From Mobula hypostoma (lineage: Eukaryota): a stretch of 64,000 nt of DNA. The DNA is taken from contig NC_086109.1 in NCBI RefSeq assembly GCF_963921235.1, positions 29,452,001-29,516,000 of the forward strand. The letters are read 5' to 3'. The notes beneath the pieces were generated by a model that saw only the letters and a program-made list of their open reading frames with translations, was not told where the DNA came from and did no database searches. Position numbers and translations under genes: made by a program. This document shows, piece after piece, positions 57,178 to 64,000 of the stretch. Positions within the stretch are counted from its first letter, which is position 1; each line of letters starts with the position of its first letter.

Positions 57178-57750
57178 ACACAAACACAAGGAAATCTGCA
57201 GATGCTGGAATTTCAAGCAGCGCACATAAAAATTGCTGGTGAACGCAGCAGCTAGGCAGCATCTCCAGGAAGAGGTACAGTCGACATTTCAGGCCGAGAC
57301 CCTTCGTCAGGACTAACGGAAAGAAGAGATAGTAAGAGATTTGAAAGTGGGAGGGGGAGGGGGAGATCTGAAATGATAGGAGAAGACAGGAGGGGGAAGG
57401 GATGGAGCTAAGAGCTGGAAAGTTGATTGGCAAAAGGGATATGAGAGGATCATGGGACGGACGGGAGGCCTAGGGAGAAAGAAAGGGGGAGGGGGAAGCC
57501 CAGAGGATGGGCAAGGAGTATAGTGAGAGGGACAGAGGGAGAAAAAGGAGAGAGAGAAAAAGAAATTTAATAATAATAAAAGACAAATAAATAACGGATG
57601 GGGTACGAAGGGGAGGTGGGGCATTAACAGAAGTTAGAGAAGTCAATGTTCATGCCATCAGGTTGGAGGCTACCCGGACGGAATTTAAGATGTTGTTCCT
57701 CCAACCTGAGTGTGGCTTCATCTTGACTGACAGTAGAGGAGGCCGGTTAA
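57178..57750 (-). mobile_element. Penelope-like element 3' end (well preserved copy)
   Basis: Minus strand encodes ...ATLRLEEQHLKFRPGSLQPDGMNIDFSNFC*, then a pyrimidine tract and a terminal repeat with a hammerhead motif. Confidence 0.8.
57278..57314 (-). ncRNA. Minimal type I hammerhead ribozyme motif
   Basis: Minus strand AGTC-CTGACGA-AGGGTCTCGGCCT-GAA-ATGT-C^GACT(G): stem I AGTC/GACT, core CUGANGA and GAAA, a stem II hairpin, a near-palindromic loopless stem III and a GUC cleavage triplet. Confidence 0.7.
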
Positions 57751-58532
57751 GACAGGAATGGTTTTCAGGATACACAGATACTCCAGATGCTGACTGACAG
57801 AACAAATACTCTATCTCCTTGCTGATGTGTTAAGTCAGTCTGGATCCTTTCCCTAATGTCATCCTGGGGTGGAGGGTGCGGTTCAGTGCAGTTTGATTGA
57901 CATAAATATTCATCTGTCATTTCCTCTGCGTGATTTATAATGGTGCAAAATTCAGGATATCCCATATCTTGTTATTACATCTGAACAGTTCGAAGGTTGT
58001 TTTTTGTTTGTATTACCAGCCATGATGTCATTTTATTGAAATATCAAAATAAACTTTTATTCGAAATAAAAATATTTGCAAGAATAAACATACAATGCTT
58101 TTTTATTCTTTAGAATACTCTCAATACTGTTTTATTACATTCCTACACACGAATGGCACACTGCTGCATGTATTTTTTTCATTGCACCTGTACATACCTA
58201 TATTGTGCATACGACAAGAAATTCAGCTTTGATTTTTGACGTTGCTATCCACACAACACATTAAGGATGTCCTATGCCTAACAATCTCTAACACTGTGGA
58301 GTTAAAGTGATGCTGATGAAGAGTGGCAGTCCTGGAAGGAATCATGGGGAACAAAAGACCATAACTCAAAGATATCACTTCACATTTAGCGAACAGTTTC
58401 ATTTGTTAGAATCAGAATCAGGTTTACTATCACCAGCATATGTCGTAAAATTTGTTGTTATGGGGCAGCAGTGCATTGCAATACATAATAATGAAAATTG
58501 TGAATGTCAGTGAGTATATATATGCTGTATAT

Positions 58533-61502
58533 TGTGGGGCTCGAGGGGCATGGTCGACAGCCCGCTCCTGCATTCCTAGTGGCCAGCACTGCTTATTGCT
58601 CTTGTTTTTAAAAAGCGTTCATGGTGCGCCGCAAACTTGCCGATGCAGCATCCTGGAAGTACCTGACCACAGTCCGACACTGTCCGAAAACTTCGAGCCT
58701 CCGACCAGCCCTCCGACACCGAGCACCATCTCTGCCGAGCGCTTCGACCCCAACCCCAGCCGCCAGCAACAGGCAAAGCCGAGGATTTGGGGCCTTCCCT
58801 CCGGAGATTCTCGATCGCACAGTAGCAGCGGCAGCGAACCGGGCATTTCAGAAATTTCTCCAGATGTTCCTCTGTGCTTCTCATGTCCGTCTCCATCAAA
58901 TCAGGATTGTGCACGGCCCTTATTTAACAAATACGATATCATTTCACTGGAGAGGCAGCGCACACTGCATTGTGCCTCCATCTTCTCCTCCCTCCTCGGG
59001 TTATACAGTTGTTCGTCTGTGTGTTTGTGGACCACACTGACTGTAACCGGAGTGTGTAATAATCACCTCCCCCATCGGTATATGATTGAGTTGGTTCTCA
59101 CCGAGCTAAGGCACTCTGTCAGTCATTGTGCTCGTTGTAATAAAAATGGCAGTTGAGATAAATAAGCTCTTCTCATCGTGGTCTGAATGCTCGCCACATT
59201 AGTGTCAGGAGTGGGATGAGTAACTGACGGTGAAATTGAAGAGTTATGACATCAGGTAGAGCGCCTTAAGACCCGAGGGACTGAGTGGTATTCCTCTCAG
59301 CAACCCTGGGCCGGGCTCCCAAAGATAGGAAGCCAACCCAGAGGGAGAACCTGGGAACTGAGCATCGTGCCGTCCCTGGGAACCCTAATAGGGCAAGCGT
59401 ATGCAGGCTCCCCAACCCAGGGTACGTGGCTGAGTGCATCACCTGCTTCCAAGACGCCGCAGTGCCAGGCATTGCCAATGCCACTGGAAAAGGTGCACTG
59501 ACTGGAGGGGGTCGGCCATTCAAGGGTTGCAAAGATGTTGGGCTAGCTGCGCAAACGCTTCTATCAGCCTCAGTGCAGGCAGGACGTGGAGCTGTTCGTG
59601 CAGTGCTGTGACGCTTGCACGCTCCGGAAGGGACCGGGCTGCCCGTCAAGGGTGACAATGCAGCCGGAGGCAGTGGGACCCCGATGGAGCGTCTAGGCGT
59701 GGACATCCTGGGCCCTCTCCTCTGCGCCAACGCCGGGGTCTGCTACATTCTCGTGGGCATGGATTACTCCACAAAATGGCCAGAGGCATACGCGGTCCTG
59801 GACCAGAGTGCTACCACCACTGCTGAGAGACTCGTAGAGGAGCTCTTCAGCTGTTTTGGAGCCCTGATGAACTCCACAGTGACCAAAGGTGCAGGTGTTT
59901 GGTGAGTTCTGCACCCGGCTGGGAATCACCAAAACACGAGCCACACTCCTTCACCCGCAAAGTGATGGGCTGGTGGAACGTTTTAACCATACCCTGGCTA
60001 CTCAGCTTGCTATCCTCGTCAGCCAGCACCAGCGTCACCTACCCCTAGTGTTGTGGGCACACTGGACAGCAGTTCAGGACAGCACCAGGTGTATGCCGGC
60101 TGTTCTCACGTTCCGGTGGGAGCTGTGCACGCCGGTGGATCGGGTGTTTCCCCCCCCCCCCGAGCCAGAGATCCTTGGGGAAGCTGGGTTGGAATACCCG
60201 CGACACCACAGGGGGCAGCTGTGGGATGTCCATGGCTGCCAAAAGTGGGCTTATGATGCCCGCAGCCAGGGACAGGACTTCACTGTGGGTGACCGATTAT
60301 AGGTCTACTGCCCCACCCAGAAGAATGGACTACCCCCTAAGCTTGGAAGGCACTGGAAGGGACCGGGAGAAGTTCTCGACTGCATCTCTGATGTGCTTTA
60401 CTGGCTGCGGCTGCCTGAGCAGTGGAAGTCAGTCATGCTGCACTGGGACTGGCTGTCACTTTATCAACCTTTGGCCACCACTGACACCGCGAGGCTGAGG
60501 GAAGGAGGGGACACTCCAGGTGCCCTGCCTCTTGCCACACCTAACAGTGCCTCCATTGGAGGTGCTGCAGACACTCCCAGCAACCCAGGTGGTGATGTCA
60601 ACCACCATCAAGACTTTTGGACTTTGTTGTGGACTCCGGGGCTGCTGGGGATGGCTGGCCCCTCGGGTGGGGGCAATGTGGTGCTCTGGGGGTATGGCCA
60701 ACAGCTCCCCCCAGCATTCCTAGCAGCCAGTGCTACTTATTGTTCTTGTTTTAAAAAAAGTGTTCGTGGTGTGTGTGTGTGTATTTAGTCAGGTCACTCG
60801 TCTGAGTGCTACTGGTACCATGTAACCCAGTACCACCTGTCGCATGGTCGGGTGGTCGGCAACTAAACCGGCTCCCCCACCCCCAGCAGGCTTGCCTGGT
60901 GAAGAGGGTGGCTAGGCACCCTGCAGGATGAAAAACAAGACCTGTCAAAGGGCAGATGAACCCTCTTGTAGGGTCGGCGGCCATCTAGCAATCACGTGCT
61001 GTGAAGCGTGGAAAGGGCATCCCTTGCATTGAAGCTTGGTCTGGCCACTCACTGCAACAGAACCTCCCCCAGCCGTCTTGGACCCCACCATGCCACTGGA
61101 TCCGGGAGAGGATGTCGAGAGGGAGGGTCTGGACCTGTGCAACCCCCTACTCACCTGAAATCCACTGACGCATATGCTGTTCCTTTCTGAGGAGTGGGGT
61201 ATCCTAAACCCCACTAACTGTCTGAAAGGAACCATCATCATCCTATGGGATGGATTGCCTGAGAGAGAGATTCAGTAGAAATATGGTGGAATGTTCAAAT
61301 TGATTTATTTTAACTCAGGTTATACAGTCGTTTGCTTGTGTGTTTGTGTGTCACCCGACTGTAACCAGGGTGTATAATGATCACCTCCTCCGTCTGTATG
61401 TGACTGAGTTCTTTCTCACCGAGCCATGGCACTCTGTTGATCTTGTGCTTTAGATAAACAAGCTCTTCTGGTCTGTCATCATGGACCAAGTGCTCTGCAC
61501 TA
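58533..61502 (+). mobile_element. Ty3/Gypsy LTR retrotransposon, internally deleted (two LTRs, PBS, gag remnant, integrase, PPT)
   Basis: 5' LTR TGTGG(58533)...CCACA(59198); tRNA-Leu-type PBS TAGTGTCAGGAGTGGGAT at 59200; integrase PMERLGVDILGPL, MDYSTKWPEA, HPQSDGLVERFNHTL; PPT GGGTGGGGGCAA, then a 3' LTR from 60677 homologous to the 5' LTR. Confidence 0.85.
59615..60480 (+). pseudogene. Ty3/Gypsy integrase, frameshifted
   Basis: rve core motifs split across ORFs 59615-59905, 59889-60302 and 60393+; GPY/F-like KLGRHWKGP remnant. Confidence 0.8.
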
Positions 61503-61508
61503 TACATA

Positions 61509-61553
<45 letters not shown>
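61501..61553. repeat. (CA)n microsatellite within a Rex1 tail
   Basis: Seen directly. Confidence 0.9.
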
Positions 61554-61556
<3 letters not shown>

Positions 61557-62724
61557 CATACAGCTAAATTAAATAAGTACTGCAAAAAAGATGGTAGTGA
61601 GGTTGTACTCATGGGTTCAATGTCCATTCAGAAATCTGATGGTGGAGGGGAAGGAGCTATTCCTGGATCATTAATATTCACACACTGGACACAGGTGAAA
61701 AAGAAGACTATTAACTTAAGCTCACGAATAAGCATTCAACAAAGAGCCTTTTCACTTTATAATTAACCACTTTAAATTGCCCCTGGTGTGTAGGTGAGTA
61801 ATATAATCTGGGGAGAGTTAATAGGAATGTGGGAGAAATGTTTAAAAATGGGATTAATGTTAGATAAATGTAGAAAGGTACATGAGAGTGAGTGTGGACT
61901 CAATGAGCCAACAGGCATGTTTCTGTGCTGTACCTCTTGTGAATCTGACACTTTGCATTAAATGAAAAGTATTTAAAAAAACAGAATATCTGTTATCAAC
62001 TTTGCATCTCCCTGGGACTGAAGCACCTTGAGTCAATTTTCCGAAGCTATTGCAGTTCTCTCTATGTAGCTTTTCAGTGAGTGTGTGGGACAGCTCAGCT
62101 TAAATGGAAGTGCCATAATTCAATTGTTCCTGTCCACAACTCTCAAAAATTTTTAGATCTCCATAAAAGATTGCAACAGTTCCTGTTATCATAGATTAGA
62201 ATAGAAGAAAAACAAGTGTAGAAATCTGAAATAGGAATAGAAAATGCAGAATGATCTTAGCAGGTTAGGCAGCATCTGTGGATAAAGAAACAGATTGTTT
62301 CAAGTTCAGGTCCCTTCATTGGATTTGGCCACCATCCAGTCTGGACAATAACACTGATTGCATCTTTAATCATTCTGTTCAGTTGAAAGTTCTAGACAGG
62401 TTGACTGACTATTATCATGACCTCCAGTTTACGTCTGATATCTTAGCTGAATTCAGCAATCAATCCTGAACACTACCCGAAAATTTTAGTGATGGAATAA
62501 AGAAAGGTATCGCACATATACTGCCCTTCCAACCTCAGGACATTCCAAAACTCTTTAGAGTTTAAGTCTTTATATTTTTGAATTGCTGTTGTGATGTACA
62601 CTGTTCAACATCCCCTGAGGTACTAGGAGTATACCAGATTTTCAATTTGTCATCGATGAATTTATGTTGTATTGCCATTTTAATGAGAACTTCAAGGTAT
62701 TTCTAAAGGGATGATTTTAATTGA

Positions 62725-63008
62725 TTAGACCATAGATCGTAAGATATCGGAGCAGAATTAGGCCATTTGGCTCATTGAGTCTGGTCCACCATTGAATCAC
62801 AGCTGATCCTTTCTTTCCCCTCCCTGGCCTACTCTCGATAGACTTTGATGCCGTGTCCAATCAAGAACCTCTCAAGCTCTGCCTTAAATATACCCAATGA
62901 CCTGGCCTCCACAGCTGCCTGTGGAAACAAATTCCACAAATTCACCACCATCTGGCTAAAGAAATTTCTCCACATCTCTGTTTTAAATGGATGCCCCTCT
63001 ATTCTCAA
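62725..63008 (-). mobile_element. CR1 3' end fragment
   Basis: Closely similar to 9335-9615 (GCCTTAAATATACCCAATGACCTGGCCTCCAC...AAATTCACCACC). Confidence 0.8.
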
Positions 63009-64000
63009 AACTGCTTTAGGAGGGAGTTATGATCAATCCGAGCATTGGCAACAATAAATTAAAATGAAGCCAGGAGAAGTATGTACAGATATAGGCAGGC
63101 TTATGTTCCTTGTAGAAAACAGTCACCAGTTAGGTGACAGACAGGTGAAAGAGTAAATGAAATTGGGGATATTGTTTTATTTGGTTATATATGCTAAATC
63201 TGCAGTGTGTTATCACATTATATTGTCCTCCACTTCTGAAATTTGATTTTATTGCCTTCAGTGGAAGAAAATTTGGTGACTGTATAACTGAATCATGCAA
63301 TTTGCTTATGCTAACAATGACAAATTTATAGTTTAATAATGAAGAATGAATGGTTTGGCAACAGAATAAAATAATCTGGACGTCCTTCGTCAACTATAAC
63401 TCAGTGCTTCCCCACTTAGCCAAGCTAATACAGACCCATCAGAAATTCAGAATACATGGGGAAATTTTTAAGCTCTTTGCCTATGTAATGTTAATATTTG
63501 CAAGGCCTTATACAGATTCAAGAGATTTACGAAGAATCCACTGGTTCAGATATTAACATTTTATGCTGTTGAAAGACGAAACAATGGAATTCCTTTTGCC
63601 TCAGGGATACATAACGTAGTTGTCATCTTTAATGAATTTGCTCAATGTAAAATCTGTGAATTGATTTGTTACCTATCTGTTCCTCTGGTATTTATTTTAG
63701 TTCTTAATATTCCCAAAATTGAACACAAAACTATATGGATTTAATTTAAATCTGATTAACTGAAAGAATTCTATGGGATGTCCCAATAAAAGGCCATTGA
63801 ATTCAATTGTAACTTAATGCCTAGCTGAATTGGAAAGTGAATTTCCCAAAGTGTATTAAGTTAAAGTTGCCTTTAATTGCTCATTTGCTTGCTTTTCGAA
63901 ATTGTGAGTTTATATCTGTGGTGAGGGAAAGAGGTTTTAACATCTACAAGAGTTCAGTTGATAAACATTCTTGTCCTTGAGTCAGCAGGCTGTGGCTTTT

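Noticed and set aside
56710..57965. Unique-looking segments with acceptor-like sites and short ORFs (56710-56892, 57765-57965)
   Set aside because: No homology recognised, including to genes usually neighbouring PIM1; frames after the acceptor at ~56733 stop early.
58452..59156. 234-aa ORF
   Set aside because: Runs across a LINE tail, an LTR and an insert; a chimeric chance ORF.

Overview
Eukaryotic, repeat-dense genomic DNA, most likely from a cartilaginous fish (shark/ray-type CR1, Rex1/Babar, Penelope-like and HE1-type repeats). The only host protein-coding gene I can support is an intact six-exon PIM-family Ser/Thr kinase, best matching PIM1 (+ strand, CDS join 23572-23656, 23840-23946, 24086-24136, 24331-24697, 26603-26779, 27195-27367; 319 aa). 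It lies in a CpG-rich, TE-free island (~21.1-29.2 kb) with a readable promoter, a motif-dense intron 4 and a 3'UTR carrying an AU-rich element, Pumilio sites and clustered miRNA seed sites. The flanks are a stack of decayed mobile elements: Rex1/Babar, CR1, L1, RTE-derived elements, SINEs, a palindromic mariner MITE, a Ty3/Gypsy solo LTR and an RT-less Ty3 element, and an ERV remnant whose protease is split by a Chapaev-type transposon. Many Penelope-like element ends carry minimal type I hammerhead ribozyme motifs. I found no convincing new multi-gene system. The most interesting signals are RNA-level: hammerhead motifs and foldback Penelope derivatives, the PIM1 3'UTR miRNA cassette, an in-frame stop-free intron 1, and a possible intronic-polyadenylation isoform. 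Family names and comparisons with human PIM1 come from recall, not from database searches. Repeat boundaries are approximate unless TSDs or TIRs are quoted.
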